A stretch of DNA of 64,000 nt from Macrostomum lignano (Eukaryota). Under the pieces are notes generated by a model that worked only from the letters and a program-made list of their open reading frames with translations, was not told the DNA's origin and did no database searches. The position numbers and the translations under genes are program-made. The stretch covers positions 19,103 to 83,102 of the forward strand of contig NIVC01003683.1 of assembly GCA_002269645.1 (NCBI GenBank). Reading direction: 5' to 3'. The stretch's first letter is position 1. Each line of letters starts with the position of its first letter. This document shows, in pieces, positions 12,951 to 25,697 of this stretch.

Positions 12951-14079
12951 GAGGTTTTGGAAAAAAAATTGAAACTAGACTTTATATTATCTAAAAAACT
13001 AAAATATCGATCTAAAAAATGCTTTAACTGTTACTCAACACTAAAAGCAGGTAAATCTAAGAATGATTGACAGTTCTAAGACACGGAAATGGTAGCACAA
13101 AAACAATGAATACAGCTCACTCACTGGATGCTCAAAAAATTCAGGAAGTGCGCCACAAAACGTTAGGGAGTTGTAAACAGGGAGTTAGAGGCAAACTCAA
13201 GTCAGTTTCTTAAGGCCCTGTTGAATGCTGGCAAAATCTATAGAGTATCAGATATAAAGGTGTCTCGCGCTGTCGCAGCTATTTAAAAAACGCACAGAGA
13301 GAGAGAGAGAGGAGGAGGTTGGGTTTGCAGGAACGGGCCAAGGCCAGGGGTTGGACGTCAAAGCCCGGGCAGTCACACGGTGGCTTGGCTCTGAAGAGAA
13401 GAAGGAAAGGTGTGAACAGCCACACTTGCGCGCGCGGCGCAAAAAAATGAGAAGACGGGGTGTTGCCTGAACGCTGCCGCCTTTACCCGTCTTCTGCAAG
13501 CGTCCTTCAGATTCTGGCTTCACACAATTTATTTTCTGCTGCTAGACAGAATAGAGAAAGGAATTCTTGATTCTGCCAGGCACCCGGGGGGGGGGGGGTT
13601 AGGTGTCGCTGGGGAGGGTTTCGGGGACTTGCCTTTCAAAGAAAATGACGACAGACCGGAGAAAAAGAAAGAGAGAGGGTGGGTGGGAGAGACAGAATAA
13701 GCCGCCAATACCTTCTAAAAGAGCGCTCTCACCTTCGCAACCATAAGCTGACTGTGTGTCGCAATGTGGGGCCGCTAGCCAGTCAGGGTGGAGGTAGGGG
13801 TTGGGGAACTGACAGTCACAGCCCAGAGATCCAGAGAAGAGAGAAAGAAAAAAGAAAAAGAAGGCCACCAAAGTCAGGCAAGGCCTCTCTCTATATATAT
13901 TAATATCTGGGTAATCCCATTACTCAATTCCTCACCTCTTTTCTGTTAATGCAGCTAACTAAACTTTAGCTTTATAATATATATATATATATATATATGC
14001 ATGCAGAATAATAGAGCCGCGTCAGTGAGTGAGCGAGTGCACATGAATTATAGTTTGGTGTGAGTGTCAACTAGGGAGG

Positions 14080-14113
<34 letters not shown>

Positions 14114-14373
14114 GTAGACCTCTTCTCTTCTCAACTAAAAAAACCTCTCTATATACCCTCCCTTCTCAATTGCCCAATATTGAGTAAACACAGTATAGAA
14201 AAGCAGGCTAGCTTAGGAAAATGAGTTAGGGTGAGAAGGAGAGGTGTGACGCGCAGACAGTTAGAGAGTTTGAAGAGAGTCCAAGTGGTACAGTGAAGCC
14301 TGCATGCGAAATTGAGAACAGCGTGAATAAATAGCCCCCCTTCCTTCCCCAAGCACTGCTTTGCCTGCCTCAC

Positions 14374-14448
14374 CTCACCAATACCCAGCGCAGTGGACAA
14401 AGAGGCGCGAGAGAGCTGGGGAAACAATAGCCATGCAGTGAGTAGCAT
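14374..14448 (-). CDS. Candidate first coding exon (signal peptide) of the type I receptor
   Basis: ATG at 14448 gives MLLTAWLLFPQLSRASLSTALGIGE. Donor GAG/gtgagg after 14374 (phase 0) joins acceptor ttgcag/ at 12670 in frame. The main exon itself has no signal peptide. Confidence 0.45.
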
Positions 14449-14834
14449 TGAAGCCAGCTGGAGTGCCGTGAAAAAAGAGCGCGAACCTAATGCAATGCAA
14501 TGCCGTTCTCAAACCAATGTGCAGACTTTGTGTAGACTGTTCCGGTTTCTTTTTTCAATTTTTATTGCGCCAATTACTTTAGCTGAGCCATGAGCTCTTC
14601 AATTCTTTCGCCGCTCTCTCTCTCTCTGTTTGAGAAAGAAAAGCAGCTTACCTAGAGTAAAAAAATAAAAAACTAATCAAATTGATTAACTATGACCCAA
14701 CCCTTTCAGAGCACGTATTGTCGCATTAACCGCGTTCCGTCACGACTGGAAGGCAGACTAGAGATAATGAGACTGAGGCTTCTCAGCACGCCCAGCACTT
14801 CTCTGTTGACAGAACGCCGCTTCCCCAGCGCAGC

Positions 14835-15475
14835 ACCCCTTCTAGCGCAGCAACTCTCCTTCTAGCGCCCCCAGCACCCCTTCTAGTGCAGCAACTCTCC
14901 TTCTAGCGCCCCCCAGCACCCCTTCTAGCGCAGCAACTCTCCTAGCGCCCCCAGCACCCCTTCTAGAGCTCCCAGCATCCTTTCTAGAGCACCCAGCACC
15001 CCTTCTAGCGCCCCAAGCACCCTTCCTAGCGCCTGAGCACTCCTTCTAGCGCCCCCAGCACCCCTTCTAGCGCAGCAACTCTCCTTCTAGCGCCCCAAGC
15101 ACCCTTCCTAGCGCCCGAGCACTCCTTCTAGCGCCCCAAGCACCCTTCCTAGCGCCCGAGCACTCCTTCTAGCGCCCCAGCACCCCTTCTAGCGCAGCAA
15201 CTCTCCTTCTAGCGCCCCCAGCACCCCTTCTAGCGCAGCTGCAGCAACTCTCCTTCTAGCGCCCCAGCACCCCTTCTAGCGCAGCAACTCTCCTTCTAGC
15301 GCCCCAGCACCCCTTCTAGCGCAGCAACTCTCCTTCTAGCGCCCCAAGCACCCTTCCTAGCGCCCGAGCACTCCTTCTAGCGCCCCGGCGCCTCTTCTGG
15401 AGCAGCCAGCAGCCCTCCTAGCGCAGCCAGCACCCCTTCTAGCGAAGCAACTCCCCTTCTAGCGCCAACTCTCCT
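14835..15475. repeat. Degenerate C-rich minisatellite built on cttctagcgc cores
   Basis: Repeated ccttctagcgccccagca / ccttctagcgcagcaact units. Confidence 0.85.
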
Positions 15476-15864
15476 AAACAAAGATCTAAACACAATTGGA
15501 CACAGCTTTCGCCTCTGAAATATTTTACAAGGCACACTCAAAAACATCAACATTATAAAGTGAGACGATAGACAGCGAGGCGCCCCGACCAGAGTATGAG
15601 TGAAATTTTATAGCCAGTCTTACACCACAGCTAGTAAAATTTTAGCACTTAAACGACTGTATCAAGAGCTACGATTCAACAGTTTTACAGACCACAAAAA
15701 CAGAGTGTGGAGCAATTATAAGTTATTGCTTATAAGTTTCTTCCGTCATTTATAGTCTCACACTATTTCTTGAGTGTTTACTCGTCATCATAAAACAAGC
15801 TTTACTGCTTTTTATACACTCGCAAGCATTGCAGTACTGTCTGTTTGCTTGTTTTAGGCTGTTT

Positions 15865-17210
15865 ACCTTCAGATATTTCAGGGCCAAGCTAATATCTAAC
15901 CTCAGATCCTTAAGGGACAAGCTAATACTACCCTCAGATTCTTTAGGGACAAGCTAATACTACTCTCAGGTCTTTCAGGGACAAGCTAATACTACCTTCT
16001 GATCCTTCAGGGACAAGCTAATACTACCCTCAGATCCTTCAGGGACAAGCTAATACTACCCTCAGATCCTTCAGGGACAAGCTAATACTACCCTCAGATC
16101 CTTCAGGGCCAAGCTGCTGCTACCTACCCTCAAATACTTCAGGGCCAAGTCTATACCTACCCTCAGATGATACTTCAGGGCCAAGTCTATACCTACCCTC
16201 AGATACTTCAGGGCCAAGTCTATACCTACCCTCAGATGATACTTCAGGGCCAAGTCTATACCTACCCTCAGATACTTCAGGGCCAAGTCTATACCTACCC
16301 TCAGATGATACTTCAGGGCCAAGTCTATACCTACCCTCAGATACTTCAGGGCCAAGTCTATACCTACCCTCAGATGATACTTCAGGGCCAAGTCTATACC
16401 TGCCCTCAGATGATACTTCAGGGCCAAGTCTATACCTACCCTCAGATACTTCAGGGCCAAGTCTATACCTACCCTCAGATACTTCAGGGCCAAGTCTATA
16501 CCTACCCTCAGATGATACTTCAGGGCCAAGTCTATACTTACCCTCAGATACTTCAGGGCCAAGCTACTGCTACCTACTCTCGGATACTTCAGGGCTAAGC
16601 TGCTCCTACCTACTCTCAGATACTTCAGGGCGAAGCCTATACCTCTCTCAGATACTTCAGGGTGAAGCCTATACCTCTCTCTGATACTTCAGGGTCAAGC
16701 TGCAACCTACTCTCAGATACTTCAGGGTCAAGCTGCAACCTACTCTCAGATACTTCAGGGTCAAGCTGCAACCTACCCTCAGATACTTCAGGGCCAAGCT
16801 GCAACCTACTCTCAGATACTTCAGGGTCAAGCTGCAACCTACTCTCAGATACTTCAGGGTCAAGCTGCAACCTACTCTCAGATACTTCAGGGTCAAGCTG
16901 CAACCTACTCTCAGATACTTCAGGGTCAAGCTGCAACCTACCCTCAGATACTTCAGGGCCAAGCTGCAACCTACTCTCAGATACTTCAGGGTCAAGCTGC
17001 AACCTACTCTCAGATACTTCAGGGTCAAGCTGCAACCTACTCTCAGATACTTCAGGGTCAAGCTGCAACCTACTCTCAGATACTTCAGGGTCAAGCTGCA
17101 ACCTACCCTCAGATACTTCAGGGCCAAGCTGCTGCAACCTACTCTCAGACACACTTCAGGGCCAAGCTGCTGCAACCTACTCTCAGACACACTTCAGGGC
17201 CAAGCTGCTG
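15865..17210. repeat. 33/36-bp minisatellite with three successive sub-types
   Basis: cagggacaagctaatacta, then cagggccaagtctataccta, then cagggtcaagctgcaaccta; explains ORFs 16071-17237. Confidence 0.93.
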
Positions 17211-19224
17211 CCTGGCAATGCAGTCAGAAGAAAATAAAACGGGGTTAAATGAGGCCAAGCCAAAATTTTTGGTGCGAAGTCAAATTTTAGAGTAGGAGTA
17301 TGGTCGATCCGATTCCTTAACACTGCGCCTAGCTTACGCCTTGAGGCTGCAGTAGGATGGTGCAACGTTTTAAAAGTAAGCGGTCACAGAAGGCGTTAAA
17401 ACTGCTACCGAAGCCTCCCATACCAGTCAGCCAGGACGTGCAGCTGGGCCCATTTGATGACGAAAAAGCCCCCACCGCCTGCTCTCCGATGCAGCCTGGT
17501 GTTTTTTACTAAAATGCGCAGATGGTAGCGCTAAAGCCACCGCCAACCACTGGCCTTTTGCAGTCAAGCCCGGCTGGCCATCTATCAGTTCAGAGGCGGC
17601 GCAAAGCGAAATACACAGATATATAAGGCAGCTGGGGAAGTGTGGAAAGCTTTCATCGCGCCGAAGCCGGATGGGATAGAGACACCACCCCCCTCCCTCC
17701 TAGCGAAGCAGTAAAACGCCGAAATACAAAATTTCCCTTCAATTTTGTCCCCCCCCCCTCTGCTACCCTCTTCCTCGACAGCCTCCCGCCCATTTGCTTT
17801 TTACGATCGCCATTTAAACTTTAACGCCTGGCGGGTTTGGGCTAGCGTTACCAACAATTAGCGAAAATATGCTCTCCATCTTCTGGCATGGAGATGAAGC
17901 CGTCAATGCCCTAGGGCTTGATCCTGGGACTTTACACTCTCCACTTAGTTTGAAAAGGGTTATTTGGTGTTTGATACTCCAGTAGAAGTGGCGCTGCACA
18001 CCTGACATCTGGAGGCCAGGGGACCAGCAATCAGTGTCCCAGATGTGCAACTGGAAATACCTTTTTAAGAAGCTATTAAAGCCATTATTTGTCAGACAGA
18101 GAGGCAGTGTTTCCTGAACCCAAGGCATCTTTTAGGTGATTTTGCGCACTTTTTTTCTGACCCAAAGATGTTGCAGAAGTCTGCAGACTCCAGGTTTACA
18201 GATTACTTAACTTTGACAGCTACTAGAAGCCTAGAAATCACTGAAATCCTAAATAATTGTAAAAGCACTGATGCTCCAAATGAAATATGAATAAAATTTA
18301 AGATGCAAAAATGTTAATGTATCATTTTAATGTTTCTATGATAACCAGCTCAGAAGTGCTACAGAAAATTTCATAATTTTAACTTTTCTTATTCATTAAC
18401 ACCTTTCTTTACTTTGGTATGCTTTTGAATTGAGGTTCAAATATATAATCTTATAGTTAGCTTCTAATATTTTAATAAAGGTTTATATCATAAATATGAA
18501 ATTAAGAGCATATTTCCAATACAAGCTCCAATATCTAATAATGTTGGCCACTCTAGACCAATACAGCCTTGGATTTCATAAATAGGGAGTAGAGCAGAAG
18601 AGAAATGAATGAATCTTGCCAGTTTTAAAGCTTTTGTAAAGGGAACTTAGAGTCCACTAGAGTCAATGTCTCAAGCAAGAGATTTTCAATTCCATGTGCA
18701 TCTAATGGTTAGGATTAGTAGGCTAAAGTTGATATGAATATAGCCCTAGTCATTCTTATAAAATATAATAAATGAGACACTATTATTGAACAATAGGTCA
18801 ATATATGAGGGGTATCCTAAAAATTCCCAGAATTTCTTTCATAGCTTTGCAATCCATAGCTCAATTTTCATGTTTATAAATAAAAGTTAAAGATAATGAA
18901 TAAATTCATGATAAAGATAATCAGTGGCAGATCTAAAATTTCTTTTTGAGGGGTAGTCCAAGTTTGGGACATATACAAGTACATGCCCAACACCTATCTG
19001 ATCCATCCAAACTGGATGGGTAAAATGGCCCTTGGTCCAGGTAAGTTGCAAAATCAAAAATGCAAAAAATGAAAAATTCAGAGAAGAAAAAAAGTAAAGG
19101 AAGAGAAAAGGAAAAGAAAGGAGGGAAAAAGAGAGAAAGGAAAGAGGAAGGAGAAAGAGAAAGAAAAGAAAAAAAGGCAAGAAAAGTCATATACAAAGTG
19201 AAAATTAAATTGCAATTGGGGGAA

Positions 19225-19470
19225 CTATGTTGCAATTGAGAGGAACTAAGTTGCAATTAGGAAAAACTAAGTTGCAATTGGGAGGAACTAAGTTAAAATT
19301 GGGAAAAACTAAGTTGCAATTGGGAGAAACTAAGTTGCAATTGGGAAGAACTAAGTTGCAATCGGGAAAAACTAAGTCGCAATTGGGAGGAACTAAAGCA
19401 CAATCAAGAGGAACTAAGTCGCAATTGGGAGAAACTAAGTCGCAAATCTAGACAAAACTAAGTTGCACTA
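19225..19470. repeat. 21-bp minisatellite (aactaagttgcaattgggaga)
   Basis: Direct reading. Confidence 0.9.
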
Positions 19471-20231
19471 GATAGGTGAAATTTTGAGGTTGGACATGTA
19501 TATTGGGACATCAATATCAACATGAAAGGTGCCAATTTTTTAGCTTTGATTTAAGCTTAATTTTTTGATCTTACAATTTTTATACATGAAAAGGTGCAAA
19601 AATGCATTTAAAGAGCTAAAATCAAGCTTAAAAGGTGCAAAAATGCCTGAAAGGGGCAAACAATGTGTGTAAGGGTAAAAATCAAGTTTTAATGGTGCAA
19701 ACTTGGTTTTGGGGGTGCAATATACTCTATCAAGCTATTTTAAGGGGGAGGGATGGCCACCCCAACCTCTTTCTCCCTCCCTAAATCTGCCCCTGATGAT
19801 AATAAATAATGCACAACTTCAAATCATAGTAATTAATAAGTCATACTAATTTATTTTTCTTAAAATTGTAATGAAATGCAAATTTAAAAATATAAAATGG
19901 GGGTGGGTTTTAACAATTAGTGATAGCACTATAACATATAACAAACAAAGGGGCAATACTATATAACACTAGAAAATCACTAGGCCCTATAATATATTAG
20001 ATACACTATACTGAACAAATTAAGCATGTATATACAATCTCCTTGATTTAAACTAGCCATGTGATTTAAGCCTCTTTTTTGACTAAATGAGGAATTTTTT
20101 AGGGCAAAGGAAGAGTCAGGATCATAGAATGCCTGCATTGGAACAAATCTTATCAAAAAAGTTAGCTTATACTACATGCTATAGCAAATCTTATCAAATA
20201 AGTACTGAATGCTAGAAAAAATATACAAATA

Positions 20232-21052
20232 TGAGACAGTGCATTAATAATAGTATGATACTGTACGATAGTGCTAATAGTAACTCGTTTTCTTAGAAAC
20301 TTTAGTTCAAATCTGCGCTAAAAAGAAATTACTGGTATTTTTGTTTAAATGTTGTGATTTACAAAAATATTTTTCACAATTATTTGTTTGACTTGATGAG
20401 AGACTCTAGTATAAATAGAAGCCCCGAGTGGGCAAAGAAATCAACTTGTGCTTTTCGTGTGTTCTAACAGTAGCTAAAAACTTGATCAGAAAATTGTTCA
20501 GAGTGTCTTATTCATTTCTATAGTAAAAACCCCAAATCGGGAGTAGTATTGAGATCCGCTACAAGCGAGAAACCGCCTCAGGGCAGTAATAGTAAATTTG
20601 CCTTAGGGCAGAAGAACCGCTTCATAGCAAGAGAAGATCACCTCAGGGCAGTAATAGTAAATTCGCCTCAGGGCAGGAGAACTGCCTCAGAGCGAGGGAA
20701 AGATTGCCTCAGGGCAGGAGAACTGCCTCAGAGCGAGGGAAAGATCGCCTCAGGGCAGGAGAACTGCCTCAGAGCGAGGGAAAGATCGCCTTAGGGCAGA
20801 GAAAGAGCATAAGCTGTGACCCTCTGATCCAGGGAACGCCCAGGACTGAGAGAATAATATTAGGGGAAGCATAGGAATAGAATAGACAGTGCTATTAGAC
20901 CGCTCAGGCCAGAAAGTACAATAGAAGTACATACGCTATCAATAGAAGTACATACGCTACTAATAGAAGTACATGCGCTACCAGTAGAATTACAATTAAC
21001 AACCAGTAGAATTGTTAAGAAGAAATAGCTTTGTAACAACTTTGGTGGCAGC
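20232..21052 (+). mobile_element. Probable LTR followed by a truncated tRNA-Leu-type PBS
   Basis: Core agtataaatagaagc (TATA at 20410) shared with the 23955 LTR; internal tandem repeats; ends gtaaCA (21038), then actt, then TGGTGGCAGC (21043-21052). The 5' TG boundary is a guess. Confidence 0.5.
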
Positions 21053-23763
21053 AAGTAAGGCTAGACAAAGGATTAAATAAGAGCCCTGGGACAAATATAA
21101 GAATCAATATTTTCTACTTAAAAAAACTAGTAAAACTTGTATTTGAATCAGTTCTATAGAAAATGCAATATTAATATATTTAAATTAAAAAAGCCATCAA
21201 ATATACAGGCAAACAAAAAAGAGCTAATAAAAAGAAATTACATGCTAATTTTCTATTTACGAAAATATTGTCTAGCTATAAGTTTTTGTCTTGCACTATA
21301 TTATGCCCAATTTCCCCACTTGCTTGCTATTGCTATTGACATCCCAGCTATTACACAAGAATGCACCAGCATGGCATATATCTACGAGCTCATAATCTAA
21401 CCTCCTTTTGTGCTAGAATTTTCTATGAAAAAATATTTTCTTGACTATAAATGCTATCATTACCAACCATAACCATAGCATAAAGGGGGCCACTCTCCTA
21501 AAGATGCTATTTTCTCTAAGAATTCCTAGCATGCATAAGGGTTTTTGGCCCCTGCATTATATATATATTACTGTGTGCAATGAGACTGCCTATAGTGGCA
21601 TATACGAGTATAAAAAAAATTTTAATATGCAGCCACATATAAAATCAATTTAGAAATATAACAGAGGTTTAGATTTGGCTGGATCATGGAAATTTATAAT
21701 TGGTAATGTCTTACTTTAAATTATTTTTTCAATAACTTGTTATAACAGTTTTAAAATAATTATAATACAATATATATTTTTGTAACTTTGGAGCAAAATA
21801 AGACTCAAAAGTAAACTGATCCATGGAAAAGAACAAATTTATTTTGTTTAAACAGGCTTTATTGCTTTTATATATTATTTAGCACTTAAGCAAAGTGCTG
21901 AAAAATAGGGTGCAGCCGAAATCATCATATTCAAAATCGTCATATGATGATGACGACTTGAACAAATCTTGAAGACTTAAACATTTAAATATGACGACTT
22001 TGACCAAAGGCAAGGGTGTATTAATTTTGGATTTTTCTACTTTCGGGCAAAAATCCCTTGCATATGCACCTATAATTTTTATATTAACTATGTCAATTAA
22101 TGCTGATTCACCCCTTATTGCTGCATCAGCAATCAGGGTTGGCATTGCATTCGCGTGAATTAATCTGGAGAAATTGCGCAGACGAATCATAACGGAACCT
22201 CCAGTCAATGGAAATGTGACAAAAATTGAACAATGAGTGGACAAAAATTAAACGTTTGTAGCAGTTTTCCTTTTAAATGAGTTATTAAAGTAATGTTTAT
22301 TAGTTCAAATATCAATTAAGTGGCACCCAACTGCCACACATGACTACTGAGAATACACTGTAAATTGTTTTAATTTGTTGGCAAACAAGAACACGCTGCC
22401 GCCATGAGCTAAGATCCTTGCGCAGCCAATGCAACACAATATGACGATTTAGTGAATGCAGCATTGTCCAATACTGAGATGATGACGATTTAGATAATTT
22501 AGTTGTTTTTCTCATAAGCTACAGATGATGATCTGGAATATGACAACTTTGGCCAGAACCGAAAAATATACAAGCACATTTTTGCTTTTAACTTTTAAGT
22601 CTTGTATGCAGCATCCAAATATAGATAGGCCTAAGGGCCTTGGCATGTGGCATGCAATATGCATAGCCATAGGCCTAAGATTTCTAAATAATCTTGGCAT
22701 ATAGCATGTAGGGTCAAAAAGTTTTGTGGCATGCATAGAACATCTTTGGGACTATGGGGGAAGGGGTGCAGTGAGGGCAAGGGGCAATTAAAACCATCAT
22801 ATTAGTTGATGATCTATTTAGGCCTAATCAAAAATAGGTCTTTTACCTGTTTTGCTATTTAAAAATTTAAAATAAATTGATTAAATCTGCTTAAAAATAA
22901 AAGACAAAAATCATAATTGGATTAGACTACTACCACTTATAATAAAATAAATCAATTGAAAAAAATAATAGCATAGGGCCTATGGCTATATAAACATTTG
23001 GTAGACAGCAGCCCTTATTACTATTACCAACTAAGTAAAAATTTAAAATACTTGAATCCAAAAGCCTAGGAGTAGGACCTAGGTTAAATAAGCAATTGGC
23101 AATTGCAAATGCAAAGTTGTCATGATATTGATAGCATTTAAAAATAGGCCCTAGCTTATTTATTTTTTTAAACTCTATTAGCCTAGGTTGACATCACTTC
23201 AAAAAACATTTGAATAGGACCTATCTACTTTAAAAAAAGCCTCGCAAGTGCTGTACTGCTGCTGTACAAGTAAGTAACCATGTATATGAATTACTGAAGT
23301 GTGTGGACTGTGGTGTGGTGTGGTGTAGACTGTAGAGAAATGAGAATATTCAACTTTTCATTAAGGCAATTATCTATTTAAACAGTACAATTAAATGGGT
23401 ACCTCAGAACTTTAAAAAGCACTGAAAGTAGTTTTTGAAGTTTGTAGGTTGGCTCCGATCTCTCTCTCGATCTCTCTATCACTTCCCAAGGACTACTCAA
23501 GAAGTGCTTTTTTGTCTGGACTCCGCGCTGCAGTGACCTGCACTGCACTGCACTTGCCTTGCTTCTTTATTCATGGAATTAAAAAAACAACACCAACAAG
23601 CATGGACAATACCAACTTTAAAAAATGATTTAAATAAACTTAGATGAAAAAAATTGTATTTAAAACTTGCGATTATTGTATTTCTTCGTATAATAAATAA
23701 TACTTTTGTTTCAACTTGAAAATTTCATTCAAATTTTGAATATGCATTAGTCTTTTTAAGTTT

Positions 23764-25697
23764 TTTGCCATACTAAGCAAAAACAAAACTGACCTCCAAC
23801 ACATGTTCCACACAATGGAAACCTACTGTAGACAGAACTACCTCAAAATAAATGCCAGCAAAACAAAATACATGCAAGCCTGCAAGGGTAAAAACAAGCA
23901 AATGCAAAACGACACCAAAATTCTTTACGAAATGCAACAGATAGAAGAAGTAAATGAGAGAGGCCAAGTTTTAAATTCCCGCCTTTACTATGGAAACGTA
24001 TATTTTTAGAACTTTGTTTAAACGCGTCTTGTTCCCCACGCCAATTTTAGTATAAATAGAAGCGAATTTTGTGCCCAGAGAGGCAACCGAAGTTTTACAT
24101 CTTCTGGTTCATAGGCGAATTGCCTATAAAATTGAAGAAGTGTTTCAAGCCTTCCTTCATTTGCTAGAAAACTAAGAGCGAATGCTCATTGGACAGAAGG
24201 TAGAAATTACCAAGAGAAAAAGACGAGTAGTCTAAGAGCCAATTGCGTACCTGCAAAGAGCAGAGGCGTAGAGCCAATAGAAAAGGGAGATATATCCCAT
24301 TAGTAATATTCGAATTGAACAACCAATGAGAAAGTCGTACCTGACAAGAGCAAATCCGTAAGAGGAAATTGAAATTCACCGGGCAACCTCGATCCATTGG
24401 AGGACGCTGCTTTAGGACTTAGCCACCCCCTCTCCCCCTAGCTGAACAGTGTCTTGCCGCTCGGGCACTGCGCGCTACCAGGGCAATCCGTGCTTACGTG
24501 AAAGCCCATAGTCTTACCTCAGTTACGCCGTATTTTAGTAGCTCATAACGAATCCAATAAGCTAATATAATAAAATTCTAGAATTATAGCCAAACCCCCT
24601 ACAACAACTTGGTGACATCGGTGGAATAGTTTATAATAGTTAATTATCCCTGCAACAAATTTGGCGATAGCGGTGGGATTTAGAAAATAATAAAAGTGCC
24701 CTACGACATAAATGAATTTAAATACCTGGGAATCATCTTTGAACCCAATAATAGTTTTAAAAAATGCATTGCTTATCAGATGAAACAAGGTAACTCCGCC
24801 ATGTTTTCACTGCTACACAAAGTAAAAGACACCACGCTGGATATTATACTTATCAGTAGACTATTTAATTCTTTGGTCACACCAGTTATAACGTATGGTT
24901 GTGAAATCTGGGGACCTCTAGCAACCTGTACTGAACTCAAGAACATCGACAAAATCCAAACAAATTTCTACAAATACCTCCTTAACCTACCTAAAAGTAC
25001 CTGCAACTCTGTTTTATACGCAGAACTTAATTTAACACCTATCTCACTTACCATCTCGAACTTTTTTCTTACATACTGGCTCAAAATCAAACATAAAAAA
25101 CTGAATAGTACCACTATAGGCATCTTCGAATCAAACAACTGCCCAAACAACCCATGGAAAACCAACATCACTAAAAAACTACAAAACCTTGGTTTATCTC
25201 ACCTGCTTAATTTACAAACATCGGACCCTGGTGATCACAGCTACAACAAAGATAAAACAACAATGACCACACAACTACTCATCTCCTGGGAGCGTGAACT
25301 CTTCAAAAAAATAGAAAACCACGCGAAAGTCATGCATTACAAAAATTGCTTCATCTATAAGAATATTTTCAAGCCTAACTTAAAAAACTACTTTCCCAGT
25401 ATTTTTAGAAATAAAAAACTCATAGAAATTCTGCTTAAGCTTAAAACTGAGTTCTTACCAAGCAAATACACCCAAGAAAAATGCAAACTTTGTGGCAGAG
25501 ATTCATGCAATAATATCTTACACTATACAACTGAATGTGTCGGTATACTAGATGTCAGGAAAAAATACTTTAACCAAAGCCACCTGAGCACAAGACACTT
25601 TTACAGTTTAGGCTATGCTACAAACGAAAACAAAAATAAAAAAGATTTGCTAGCTATCGAGAAGATCTATAAACTCATAGCAAATCTCCCTCCTTAA
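23764..25697 (+). mobile_element. 5'-truncated non-LTR retrotransposon (CR1/L2-like ORF2 C-terminal part), interrupted by a solo LTR
   Basis: RT tail DLQHM..YC..NYLKINASKTKYM..IEEVN joins in frame to EFKYLG..PVITYGCEIWG..CKLC..HY..EC once 23955-24712 is removed. Confidence 0.85.
23955..24708 (+). mobile_element. Solo LTR (754 bp), TG...CA, 4-bp TSD TAAA
   Basis: TAAA at 23951-23954 and 24709-24712; removal restores the LINE frame; TATAAATA at 24051; AATAAA at 24689; two PBS-like motifs near the 3' end. Confidence 0.8.

Noticed and set aside
13599-13871. Signal-peptide-like ORF upstream of the receptor
   Set aside because: It begins at TTG with no ATG, lies in GA/CT low-complexity sequence, and the 14448 exon fits better.
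16071-17237. Repetitive ORFs on both strands
   Set aside because: They arise from 33/36-bp units that are multiples of three.
17814-18128. 104-aa ORF in a moderately GC-rich patch
   Set aside because: No motif, and I could not find splice partners in any frame.
23951-24715. 7-bp TSD DNA-transposon reading of the 751-bp insert
   Set aside because: There are no real TIRs. TG...CA ends, a 4-bp TSD, TATA, polyA signal and PBS motifs fit an LTR better.
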